A DNA stretch of 64,000 nt from Stylophora pistillata. Lineage: Eukaryota. Below the pieces are notes generated by a model that saw nothing but the letters and a program-made list of their open reading frames with translations, was not told the origin of the DNA and ran no database searches. Both the position numbers and the translations under genes were made by a program. Each line of letters begins with the position of its first letter. The stretch's first letter is position 1. This document shows, piece by piece, positions 1 to 11,957 of this stretch. The stretch covers positions 145,752 through 209,751 of the forward strand of contig NW_019218103.1 in assembly GCF_002571385.2 (NCBI RefSeq). Direction: 5' to 3'.

Positions 1-61
1 GCCATTAAGTTGATTCGTAATAAACCCGTGATGATAAATTAGATACAATGAATATATGAAA
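1..61. repeat. Fragment of the same tRNA-derived repeat family found at 3814-4440
   Basis: gccattaagttgattcgtaataaacccgtga...agatacaatgaatatatgaa closely matches 3972-4034. Confidence 0.75.
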
Positions 62-371
62 GTTGGACTTATGGATTTATGTGATTTATGGATTTATTTC
101 TTGGATTTATGTGAAGCAGAATACGTGGATTTTGAGCGAAGAATTCAGGCGAGTGCCGGGCGAGCGAGTGGAGACGAACACGTGGACTTGTGAAAGGAAT
201 TAGCAGTCAGACTCCAACGGTAAGAGTGCATCAATTGAATTATCGTGGCCGATAAGATAATTCCGTTGTGGAGTCGATTAGATGGATAGTTTGATTCGTT
301 CTGTTGGAATATCTACACTTTGAACTGCACGTTTGTGTTTTGGAGCTCGCCGCGTTGTACGGCATTTCGAT

Positions 372-1729
372 ATGGAGTAACTGCAAGTAGAAGCGCTACT
401 GTTTGATCTAGATAGGGCAGCCTAGCTGAAATGATAGATCTATTAGGAACCGAGGACGATGTAACGGGGAAAACTAAAATGCAGAGGATTAAAATTATCA
501 GGAAAGAAGTTGACAGTAAAATGGAAAGCGATGAAAAGGTCGCACGCACCTGTCTGGAACAACTACTCGCGTACATTAAAGCAACTGTACCTCGATCCTC
601 TCGAACAAACTGAGGAGACAGGGCCAAAAGTAGCTGCTGGAGTAAAGAGCGAACAAATGAGCGCCCAGGGAAAGTTAAAAAAAGGAACAAGTCGAACAAG
701 GGGCGGAGGATATTTTGGCTCAAATGGAGAAAACAAAAGCGGTCTCCTCGTTACTCCGTAGAGAATACAAACTTTCGGGACAGATTTGCGAACCAGGACA
801 GACAGAAAAATTGACCTTTGTGCCCTTAATGCATCAGATAGACTCTGGTCTTAACGTGGTTTAAAAGAAAGTGAAATTGTGGATGCCGTGATTTGTGCGA
901 TATCGCCCCATAGTAGTCTTAGAAATTATGGGGAAACATTAAGTGACCTCTCCCTCTCAAAATTACGGCGAATTCTGCGTGTCCACTACCGGGAGAAAGC
1001 TGCATCTGAGGTGTATCAACAGCTTGCAACCGTATGCCAACAAAGCAACGAGTCACCGCAGCAATTCCTACTCCGTGCTTTGGACCTGCGCAACAAGGTA
1101 AATTTTGCCGGTCAGGAATCGGATTGTGAATTTAACTATGGCCTCTCTCTGATCCAGAAGACATTTGTAAAATCCTTCGAAGCTGTTCTTCGTGATGATA
1201 TTTTAGCGTCCAACTTAAGAACCACCCTTCGTACCCCGGGGCTGACTGATGAAGAACTTATGAAACAAGTTAATGAACTAGCTTCACAGCAAGATGAGCG
1301 AACTACAAAATTGGCCACTGAACACCAAAAAAGGGCCAAGGTAAACGCTTGCGACGCCTTCAGGGAGGGAGGGGAACAGAGAGCCAGGAACCCAGGTTCA
1401 GACGAGAGCCAACAGATTCTTTATGAAACCCGGCAAATGAAATCAGAAATTAACGCCCTCACTGAAAGGTAGAGTTAATGCCCCAAACGGGTCAGAAGGT
1501 AAAACTAAACTGGGGCCGGTTCCCCTACGGAGACCATAAAGGTTGTTATCAGCCAAAGAACCCAAGCTGGGGATGTCAAAGTTGTAAAGAGCGTGGAAGA
1601 GGAGAGGAATGTGACCTTTGTTTCGCTTGTGGTATCTCAAGACATGTAGCTCGTGAGTGTACTAGAAGAAGGAATCAGGCCAGTCGGATGGGAAACGACC
1701 AGCGACTACTCAGGCGGGACACAGAATAG
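372..1729 (+). pseudogene. gag: Gypsy gag, frameshifted
   Basis: ORF pieces 431-613, 879-1472 (ESPQQFLLRALDLR) and 1478-1729 with zinc knuckle CFACGISRHVAREC. The ATG at 372 is followed two codons later by a premature TAA. Confidence 0.85.
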
Positions 1730-1808
1730 TCAACAGCAACAAATACAAGTCCCACCGATGTAACGGCTGTGGCCAAGTTCAGTTGGAGAGGGTAAAGTTG
1801 TTGTAATN

Positions 1809-2110
1809 AAACTCGACTGCGTAAAAAAATGGCAAATTCGATCGATTTGAAGGGGCAATTGGCAATGTTGCACGGTCTCAGCAGCTTTGTAATGTTGAAA
1901 TAAATCGTTTTTGCTACTAGACAGTCTCTTCCTTTTCTTTCTCTTACTGTAGCAAACCTAAGTGATAAAACGTGCCGTTCGGCGCATTAGCCCATCGTGT
2001 AATATATCATGAAGTGTCCTTCCCTTCTGTTTTTTTTTAGGGGGAGGGGAAGGGGGCGACTAAATTTTTTTTATGGTGACCATTTTATAATTGAGAGCGC
2101 TGCCTAGGGG
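1809..2110. mobile_element. Non-coding insertion (MITE-like end) between gag and protease, starting at an assembly N
   Basis: The pol reading breaks at the N at 1808 and resumes at ~2113. The segment ends in gagagcgctgcctagggg, a TIR-like terminus. The other end is lost at the gap. Confidence 0.4.
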
Positions 2111-2115
2111 TATGA

Positions 2116-3222
2116 TTGGTGGGGAAAAGCTGCACTGTTAAAGGAGAAATCAGTGATCATTCAGTAGATGTACTGTGGGACACATGGGCCCAGGTTTCGA
2201 TAATATCCAACGACTTCTTGAGGAGGAATTTGCCTGGTGTTGCTGTTAAAAATATTTCGGAATTACTCAACATTGAACTGAACTTGACTACTGTTAACGG
2301 TAGCGAGATGCCATTCGTCGGATTGGTGGAGCTAAATTTCAGACTGCCGTCTTACAAACATGATTTGAAAGTTCCATTTCTTGTTACGGAACAACATTTG
2401 GACTCACTGTTGATTGGTTTTAATATTATAGAAGAAATTATTAGAGATAATAATGGGGAAGTGGCGTTGTCCCAAGCTGTCGTCTCCAGCTTCCCTGACC
2501 TTGACAGCCAGACGGCTCCGGTATTTGTGAATTTTATAAAGAATCTTAATCAGGAGGAACTTTGCTTCGTTCGAACTAGCGAGCGTGACACCACTATACC
2601 ACCAAAGCAGAGTCAAAGAGCCACCTGCAGAGCAAACACGGGACCAGTGAGAAGACCTACGCCAGTGCTGTTTGAACCTGATGAGACCAGCCCATGGCCA
2701 AATGGTTTGGAGTTCTCCAAGACCCTGCTGACTGTAAAGAAAGGAAAATCAAGTCAAGTGGACATTGACATCACCAACAACACCATCCATGGGATCGTAC
2801 TTCGGGGACGGACCCTACTTGGCCGACTACAACTTGTCCAGTCGGTGACACCAGTTGAAGTGAAGACAAAAGAGCCTGATAGTAGTGCCAGCAACTCCCA
2901 ACCGAAGGGGGTACAGGTATCAGGGATTACAGAGCCAATCCAAACAGTTGATAAAGGGTTAGGAGGGATTCCGATGGAGAATCCATCGCATATCAGGGAC
3001 ATAGACCTGGAAGGTCTGACACCCGGTCAAAAAGAGATGGCTGTAAAGTTGCTTACGGAGGAGACTGATTCTTTTGCTAAAGATGATAATGATGTTGGAT
3101 GCATCCCTGACCTTGAACTTGACCTAGTTTTAGAGGACCAGACACCTGTACAGAAGAACTTTTTAGCAGTACCTAAACCACTCTACCCCCAGAGGTCAGG
3201 GCCTAAATTGAAGATTTCTTAA
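2116..3222 (+). pseudogene. pol: Gypsy pol: aspartic protease, spacer and start of RT
   Basis: VLWDTWAQVSII is the mutated DTGAQVS catalytic motif. The ORF ends in DVGCIPDLELDL..PVQKNF..VPKPLY, the RT N-terminus. Most of the RT core appears deleted downstream. Confidence 0.88.
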
Positions 3223-3813
3223 ACCGGAATTTTATAAAGAAATCATCATCCTCGTACAGCTCTCCGGAAATCGAAAATGTAAATTGTTTAAGGGAGAGGT
3301 GACATACCTCGGGCGCAATGTGTCGGAAGAGGGTTACAAGCTAGATCCATTCAGTATTAAGCCTGTCTTTGCACTCAGAGACTCGGCTCCAAAGACAGTT
3401 AGTGTAGTGCGCAGACTTATAGGTTTCCTGAACCGGTGGTTTTCATAGGTTTTTTCATAGGTTTTCTTATAGGTTTTCTTATAGGTTTCCTGACCGGCGA
3501 TATGTTAAAGACTTTTTCTAGAAGTGCCAAGCCTATCTATGATCTGGTGATGACACCTAGTCGCTCTCCGCAGCAAGTTCAGCTGGACGAACCTAGGAAG
3601 GACCGCAGTAACAATGGCCAATTACCGACAAAACACCCGCCGGATTGGACTGACATTCATCAATCTGCCTTGCGGACTCTTATCGACTCCATCACAAGTG
3701 CTCCGGTAATGGCGTATCCTGACTTTCAGAAACCATTCGTTCTCCATACAAACGCCTCAAAGGATGGCTTGGGCGGCGTGTTGTATCAGTATCAGGATGA
3801 CATTCTCCGTGTT

Positions 3814-4440
3814 ACGTATGATGCACGATCCTCGCAGTAGATAGCGCTATTTAAGCAATAGCGAAAATCAGACCTGAAAAAAATCAGGCCTGTACGGGAT
3901 TCGAACCACTGACCTCTCCGATACTAGTGCAGCGCTCTACCAATTGAGCTAACAAGCCAACTGGGAGCAGGCCGTTAAGTTGATTCGTAATAAACCCGTG
4001 AAAGTGATAAATAAGATACAATGAAATATATGAAGTTCACATATTTTGAACTGCTGTATTAGATACGTATGATGCACGATCCTCGCAGTAGATAGCGCTA
4101 TTTAAGCAATAGCGAAAATCAGACCTGAAAAAGATCAGGCCTGTACGGGATTCGAACCACTGACCTCTCCGATACTAGTGCAGCGCTCTACCAATTGAGC
4201 TAACAAGCCAACTGGGAGCAGGCCGTTAAGTTGATTCGTAATAAACCCGTGAAAGTGATAAATAAGATACAATGAAATATATGAAGTTCATATATTTTGA
4301 ACTGCTGTATTAGATACGTATGATGCACGATCGAATTTCGCTATTGCTTAAATAGCGCCATCTACTGCGAGGATCGTGCATCATACGTATCTAATGCCGC
4401 AGTTCAAAATATATGAACTTCATATATTTCATTGTATCTT
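3814..4440. mobile_element. tRNA-derived mobile repeat: two 251-bp head-to-tail units, a short third start and an inverted ~105-bp terminal copy, with a 12-bp TSD
   Basis: Units start at 3814, 4065 and 4316. 4336-4440 is the reverse complement of the unit junction. ATTCTCCGTGTT is duplicated at 3802-3813 and 4441-4452. Confidence 0.88.
3886..3958 (-). ncRNA. tRNA-like Pol III unit (pseudo-tRNA, loop CTAGTAT, Thr-like), second copy at 4137-4209
   Basis: GGCTTGT/ACAGGCC acceptor stem, A-box TAGCTCAATTGGTAGAGC, B-box GGTTCGAATCC, followed by a T-run. The anticodon and T stems are imperfect. Confidence 0.7.
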
Positions 4441-5021
4441 ATTCTCCGTGTTGTCGCATACAGGTCGCGCAACTTGACTCCAGCCGAGAAGAATTATCAT
4501 TTCCATTCCGGGAAATTGGAATTCTTAGCCCTCAAATTGGCTATCTGCGATCAGTTTCGATACTATCTCTATTGCGCACCAAGTTTTAAAGTGTTCACCG
4601 ATAATAATCCACTCACCTATGTCTTATCCTCAGCAAAATTGAATGCCACCGGTTTGCGCTGGATTGGAGGGTTAGCTGATTTCAATTTTATCATACACTA
4701 TCGCCCAGGAAAAGCCAACGTTGATGCCGACGCTTTATCTCGAATGCCTTTTGAGGACACAGCTACGCAGAAATAGTACCACAGGAGGTCCTTCAGGCCG
4801 TTGTATTTTCGGCAAAATCTCAAGACCGAGGACAAGTGAACTGGTTGTCTGCCCTTATAGGAGACCACACCGTCTTAACGACTGACCCATTTAGAAATGA
4901 AGAATTCACAGCACCAAGGATTGACCTGAAGCGCGCACAAGCCACTGACCAGGTCGTTTGTCGAGTGAGGGATTTAATCTAGCGTGGTCAACAACCACCA
5001 ACAGCATAGAGAAAACGTGAG

Positions 5022-6180
5022 TTGGCTGAGACGCAACTTCTCCTGCATGAATGGGATAAACTATCCCTTGACGAGGATGGCCTACTAAGACGCCGTAAAG
5101 GAACTAGGACTGAAGTTATTGTACCCAGACTGCTTCGTTCACGCATCCTCAAGGAATTCCACGAAAACATGGGTCATGTTGGGGTGGACCGCACACTAGA
5201 CCTCGCTAGAGAGCGCTTCTATTGCCCCGCATGCAGCGAGATATTGAACACCATATTGGACATGTCTGTCAATGCGCAAAACAAAAAGCCCCCTCGCTTA
5301 AGACTACAGCCCCACTAAATCCCATTGTGACTACCTCGCCTTTTGAGCTTATCGCCATCGACTTCCTTCATTTGGAGAAGAGTAGAGGAGGGTACGAATA
5401 TATTCTCGTTGTGATAGACCATTTTACACGCTACGCCCAAGCTTATGCCATGAGAAACGAGTCAGCTAAGACAGTTGCCCAGAAACTTTACAATTATTTT
5501 ATTTTGCGGTTTGGTTTTCCGTTCAGAATTCACCATGATCAAGGGGGAGAATTTGAAAATTACCTTCATCGGGAGCTCGAGAGGCTGTGCGGCGTGGAAC
5601 ATTCTCGCACTACCCCCTATCATCCCCAAGGGAACGGTCACTGACTTGAGCACTTCAACCGGACACTTTTGGGAATGCTCCGTACCTTGCCAGAGACCCA
5701 AAAATCACGTTGGGCAAAACACTTGAACCCCGTGGTATACGCTTATAAATGCACGAAACACGAATCAACCTCCTCTTCGGCCGCCACCCCCGTTAGCCGG
5801 TAGACTTGATGTTTGGAACTGAAGATGAAACCAACCACGTGAACCATTCACAATATGTCGAGAAGTGGCGAAAAGCAATGACAGAGGCTTACAAATTGCA
5901 ATTGGCAGGCAAGAAGTCCAGTAAAGCAGGCACACGAGCCAAACAACGTTATGACCGTTTTGTACGAAGTTCTATATTGCTACCTGGTGATCGAGTTCTT
6001 TTACGCAATCTAAGAGAACGGGGTGGACCGGGGAAGCTGCGCGCGCATTGGGAGAATCAGATTCACATAGTCGTTAGCCGTAAGGGAGAAGATAGCCCTG
6101 TGTATGAAGTCAAGCCCAATGCTGGCACTGGGAGGAACAGAACCCTACATAGGAACTTGCTATTGCCATGCAATAATCTT
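5022..6180 (+). pseudogene. pol: Gypsy integrase (zinc-binding and DDE core), frameshifted
   Basis: FHENMGHVGVDRT..RERFY, CQC, PFELIAIDFLHLE, DHFTRYAQAY, IHHDQGGEFEN, TTPYHPQGNG, C-terminal GPGKLRAHWE..LHRNLLLPC. Confidence 0.9.
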
Positions 6181-8558
6181 CCATTAACATCCCAAACGGA
6201 ATTAGTCAGAGGAGAGAAAGAAGGATCGGGAACTATAAGCGTAACACTGCTTGTCAGATACCTGTACCACAGGCCGAAGACTTGGAAGATGGCACTTGTA
6301 GTAATGATGAATATACAATCACCCCAGGGAACCCCTACCATGGGCGGACCGTAGAAGGGGCGGTTACAGAGGAGCTCGCCAAATCTTCGGTTAAAGAGAA
6401 ACAGCCTAAACCGACACAGTCGGAGGATGCAATATCGGACAACGCCCATCGAGGGAAAGTAATCAGCGATCGCACTGTTTTGGGAGAGACGAAAGAAAGC
6501 GGATTAGAGAACGGAAATGGCCAAGATCCCCTAACCCAGGATAACAACAGCTCACCAGACAGTCCCGAACTGAACCTCGGCCTAAACGACAGAGACACCC
6601 ACCAGCAGTTCTGACGTACAACACACTTGGCAATCCCATGTATGAGACCCAAGCTGCTGTACACGTCATAGCCGCCGACAGTGTTTCTGGAAGTCAATTA
6701 CCCCAGTGCGGCACTTCTAATCTTCATTGAAGAACAGGTTTGCCAACTGTAAAGCAGTTTCAGCTACCCCCATACCCACCTTTGTCCCAGTATCCAGTAA
6801 TCTTTGGCTACCTGGGAACGTACCTGCAGTATCCACCCATGCCTCCACCTGTGTTCCATCCGGTTAACCAGTTCCCTGCTCCCTCACCTATCATGTATCA
6901 GCCAAGGAGTGACGTGATGCAAGTACCCGTAGCCATGAACTCTGGGCACATACCTGTACCCGGCTTTGTGTCTTAAGCGAACTTTTAGTGAACAAGGTTG
7001 TTTAAAAAAATGCACTTAGATTTACGTCTGAGTTCCCATACTTCCAAATGATGCGATTGTATCCTATGGACAGGAGATGCTACCATGGATTTCAGTTGCT
7101 GTAGCCTTTTATTAGAGATTGACACGTCAGGATCCTATTATTTCACAAGAAGATATGTGTAACCTTCAGTATCATTCCCCTTTACGGGCGTGAAACCTAT
7201 GCATGTGTGCTATTCACGTACGCCTATTTAGGTGCAAGTGTCAGGGACGACAATTTTCTTCGAGGGGGAAGTTTGTTAGGGAGTAAACGTAATGGAAACA
7301 TGTGACTTTTGACGTAGCGACATCTGGGACAGTTACAAAAAAGCTGTTGTAGTTTTGTAAAAAGAAACAAGAAATACATTCTTCTAGAAGCGTTAGTTAT
7401 TAAGAGTTCTTTGTGGTTCTTGGAGTACGGATAACAGTTGTTGAGCAAATTTATTTTGATCCTAACTTCTGGTAAACTGCTGTCCATTATTTGAGTCACT
7501 TCTATTACAAATTATTTTTGCCTAAATATGTTGCCATTTAGGAGTATGCATGCAGACAAGTGAGGCAGTAGACAGAATACAAATGTTTATTTTAAGAAGA
7601 TCTTTCAAAATGACATTTGGTTTGACAACCTTTCATGTATGCATGTACTAGCTACAGTAAGGCCTTGTCTATATGATCTTGGAAACCCGAGACAGCCCTG
7701 CCTCCCCCTGAGACAACTGCACATAGTTTTAAAGCACTTACATGAATTTACCATACTAGGGGTGGTAAAAGATTGACAAGTGCCACTATCACAACAAGTA
7801 TGTCACTTGCACTGTGTACCAAATCTAGTTTGCAAGTTGTGTTGAGTATATGGAACTTTTTCATTTGACTAATGACATGTTCCACCTGTCAATTAAAAAA
7901 GAACAAAATCCATTGTAGCTATGTTTTGTGTGGTTATCACTTTCAAATAATTTTTAATTTTGATAATATACCACATTGAACTGTTACATGGTAGAAAGCT
8001 ACATAACCAGAGCAAATTTGGATATGGAATGTTTTTTCTATTAAATGTTACAATAATCAACTCAGCGGTAAATCAGTCTGAAAAGGATCAAAATGGTATT
8101 TGACTTGAAAGCTGCCCACTTACCATCAAGAGTACAAAAGCATAAAGTCATTTAAACGTACAAAAACATTTTTCATTTAATGTTTTACCCATGTAAAACT
8201 CAGGAACTTTGACTGTTTTGTGTTGTATGTACATGTGTACATGTAAATGCTAGTGCTTCCATCACGGCCTCTGAAGCTGGTATTTCTTGCATGGATTCTG
8301 ACATTTGCAATTTTCCTTGATGTCATCACTTCTGTCATCTTCAGCTGGTTTTCCCTTTGATAAAAGCTGGAATGACAAGGCTAGCACCTCCACATGGAAG
8401 TTCATCCTTAATCAGGAATCTTGTCAGCCTTAACTTCTTGTGAAACCATTTGAATAAATGCTCATTAAAATGATGTATAAAATTACATGTAACTTCCTTG
8501 TTTGAACAAAATAATATTATTATGGGTAACTAAGAACTGATTGCAGGTAAATGAATAA

Positions 8559-11500
8559 GAGGCGGGGCATTGGGATTTTCGGTTTTGCGGTTTTTGACCA
8601 TTTTTTATAACGGTTTTGCGGTTTTTGTGCTAAAAAACGTCGGTTTTTCGGTTTTGGTACTCATTGCGGTTTGCGGATTTTCTGTATTTAAGCATTGGTT
8701 TTCGGTTTACGCGAAAAATACTAACGGGTTTTCGGATTTGATATCCGATGCGGTTTTCGGCTTATCCTATTTGACCTATTTGGGTTTCGGTTTCTCTTCG
8801 ATCTGAGCGGCAATCACGCGCCTCCACTGATCTCGAATAGCCGCTAAACGCAAATGTTATTGAGAGGAATGCGTGACAAACCAATTGAAATATCGTAGGG
8901 ATCCCTAGGGGGTTTGTGCAATGACGACCAAGACTTTGGCCATCTGAAAAGGGTGGAAGGTCTGAAGCCAACCTGTTTTATGTCGAAAGCGATAAGAATA
9001 TGAGAACAGTTATGTACAACTCATTGACGACACACTGGAAATACATCTACTAAAGGTTTCCTGAGTCTCTTGAACCGAGTTCTGGCATTTGTTTCGTTCT
9101 TTTCTTAACTCAAGAAAAAAAATTGGGTGCTCCATTGTTGTTTCACAAAAGCCCCTTAAAACTAAACTAGTTTGAAAAATCGTAATTCTCTTTCAAAAAG
9201 CCACACCAACCCCAATTATACCGTTTATTTCAAATCGTGCTATCATTATCTCCTTCAAGCTCTGACGCCAGCACCCACTTTCACATTGAAACTTCTAGTT
9301 CCAGTGCCTTTTCATTAATCCATAAACGACAAGAAACGTTATTTGGCTTCCTAAACTTGTCAACTCTCTAGATAATTTAGGAAGCGAACAGCCCTTTTAG
9401 CGTTAAAACTCTAGAGATGGGTAAAATAAACAACTAACAACTGCATTTTCCATCGCTTTTATTTATAAAAAGTTCCGCGGAAATAGTTCGAAATGTCATT
9501 TCCGTGACCCTCGAAATCTCACGCTACGCCCCTGCAATATATATATTATGTGGCTCGTTTAGGAAGACACAGAGTTAAAGAAGACTAACAGTTCTTATAC
9601 ACTTGGAACACGCGATATCTACACCTATGATAAATTGGAAATTCGCGATCGGTGAGGAAGATCATGACTAATTACCGTGAGCGTCTGTTCCATGGCCTGG
9701 TGCTGAATTTAATGCGTGAGAACGAGGTTGATAGACAGATAGATGGATAGATCACTTTATTTATACACGGTAAATTCCACTCAGTCGCATACAAGCAATA
9801 TACCTACAAATGTAAAACTTAAAACTATATAATCATTATAAAATATATACAAAGATTAAAAGCCTAATCTAAACGAACTGAACTAACTTCTTATTAGAAT
9901 GAAAATAAATGAAAATAAAAGTACTGCTTTTCAGGGACGCCGTGTCATTAGTTCACTCAAAACTGAAGTTACTCAGCTTCGTCTTAAACTCACCTAATGT
10001 TTTAGATACTCTGATATCAGTCGGAAGGCTATTACACAATGCGGCACCGCTATAATAGAAACTTTTACGAACATAATCGGTACGAGGTTGCGGAAGAGCC
10101 AGCCTCATTTCACTACTTCGCAATCTATAACTAGTAGTATCATTATGAAAGATGAATTTATTTGATAAATAATCAGGGGTCTGTCTATTTAGAATTTTGG
10201 ACATCATAACGGCTTCGGCAAAAAGCCTCTGATTCATTAGGTTTTTCCAATGAAGTCTACGGAACAGGTCTAGAGCACTAGAATCATAAGGGGCGGACAA
10301 CAATATACGAGCCGCACGGTTCTGTAGCTTCTGAAGTTTTTCGGCCAGACTTGCACTACAGCAATCCCATACTAAGCTGCAGTAGTCAAACTGGGGCCTT
10401 ACCAAACCATTGAAGATGTTCAAAAGAGTGTAGAATGGTACAAAATCTCTAATGCGCTTAATTAAGCCCAAAGCTGAAGAAATTTTCTTACAAACAGTTT
10501 CAATATTGGGTATTCCAGCTTAAGTTTTCATCGATAGATACACCGAGAGACTTTGTTGACGACACCTGCTCAATGGGAAAATTATTAATGGTAAGAGACA
10601 GATTGTCTGACAAGTAAACTCGCCTTTGCCTTGAAGTTATTATTAAGAGTTCGGTCTTAGTCAGGCTCAATGTGAGTTTATTAGAAGACAACCAGGTATG
10701 AACAGATTTCAAATCTTTGTTAACTTAGATAATCATCAATTTCATTTAAATCTCTGCCAGCGTAAGTAATGCTGGTATCGTCAGCATACATTCGAGGATG
10801 AGAAAAATTAAGGCACTGAGGTAAATCGTTAATATAGAGTAAGAATAAAAGCGGGCCCAGAATCGTGCCTGGAGGCACACCGCAATTAAAGAACTTTGGC
10901 GTCGATTTAGAACAATCGATTTGGCAGATCTGTGTTCGGTCAACTAAATAGGAGCGAAACAAACGCAAAGCTAGTCCACGAATTCCGTACGAACGAAGCT
11001 TAGATAAAAGAATCTCATGATCGACTGTATCAAATGCTTTCTTTAAATCTAAGAAGACAACAGCATTGATCAATCCACGGTCTATATTAAGAGCGCAGCT
11101 ATCGGTTGCCTCGAGTAGAGCCGTAACCGTCGAGTGTAATGAATGGAAACCGGACTGATGTTTGGAAAGAAGATTATACTTCGTAAGATGGACATACAGT
11201 TGATCATAGATTATTCGCTCAAAAACTTTTGCTACCACAGGAATTACTGAAATAGGGCGATAATTGGATGGATCATTGCGCTTGCCCGAATTTTTGTAGA
11301 GAGGGGAGACTCTAGCATTTTTCCAATCATTCGGAAATAGGCCTGTGTTAAATGATTGATTAAATATCAATGATAGCGACTCACGGCGACTCACTCTGCA
11401 GGGGTGGTTTCACAAAAGGAAAACCGTTTGTCAGTTTCGATTAGAAATTCGGAATAGCTAATGGCCGCCTTTGCAACATCTTTACTACGATTTGTACCAA

Positions 11501-11957
11501 TTACCGAGAAAAATGTATTGAAGATCTCTGCAGCTTCCAACGAGCTCTCCGATTTTTGGCCACAATATTCAACTTCATTTATAACTGTTCTGTTTGATTT
11601 ACGGGAAAGCAAAGAAAAAGAAAAAAAAAAGAGCGTTACAAGACGATTCAGTCTTATTGGACCTCGAGAGAGCAGCTGAAATATAGCCTATAATTTAAAC
11701 AGATAGAAGATACGAATGTCAAGTCCATGGCATTCACAAATACTGTAATGAAATGAGTGTAGTTTACTCTGTATGCTCCTCTTGTCGCTACTTAATCGGA
11801 TCGGTCAGGGTTTTGATAACTGGGATGTGAAAATGTGTCGGCTTTGACAGTTTTGTATGCGTTTTTCGGTTTCATCGATTTTTGTTTCGGTTTTTCGGTT
11901 TTGGATGATTTGTTTTCTACGGTTTTGTGGTTTCTAATAGGCTCCAATGTCCCCCTC
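8559..11957. mobile_element. Non-autonomous TIR DNA transposon with 6-bp TSD, carrying a nested LINE
   Basis: Ends GAGGCGGGGCATTGG...CCAATGTCCCCCTC. GAATAA lies at 8553-8558 and 11958-11963. CGGTTTT subterminal repeats occur at both ends. Confidence 0.75.
9730..11612 (-). mobile_element. 5'-truncated CR1/L2-group non-LTR retrotransposon (RT, frameshifted)
   Basis: NYRPISVIP, VFLDLKKAFDTVDH, GVPPGTILGPLLF, MYADDT, KLQKLQNRAAR. Poly(A) signal and (TATC)n tail near 9730-9760. Confidence 0.93.

Larger units (their letters stand above)
3500..4776 (+). pseudogene. pol: Gypsy pol: RT connection and RNase H, split by the 3814-4440 insertion
   Basis: APVMAYPDFQKPFVLHTNASKDGLGGVLYQ...ILRV | VAYRSRNLTPAEKNYHFHSGKLEFLALK...FTDNNPLTYVLSSAKLNATGLRW. 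Confidence 0.9.
372..7273 (+). mobile_element. Degenerate Ty3/Gypsy LTR retrotransposon, internal region
   Basis: Domain order gag (CCHC knuckle), protease, RT remnant, RNase H, integrase. Many stops and frameshifts. Polypurine tract GAGGGGGAAG at 7262-7271 is followed by TG at 7274. Confidence 0.92.

Noticed and set aside
60-370. 5' LTR and primer-binding site of the Gypsy element
   Set aside because: No visible match to the sequence after the polypurine tract (7274 onward) and no convincing tRNA-complementary PBS, so LTR limits cannot be supported.
3886-3958. Functional tRNA-Thr gene
   Set aside because: The anticodon and T stems are mispaired, and the unit is part of a TSD-flanked tandem insertion.
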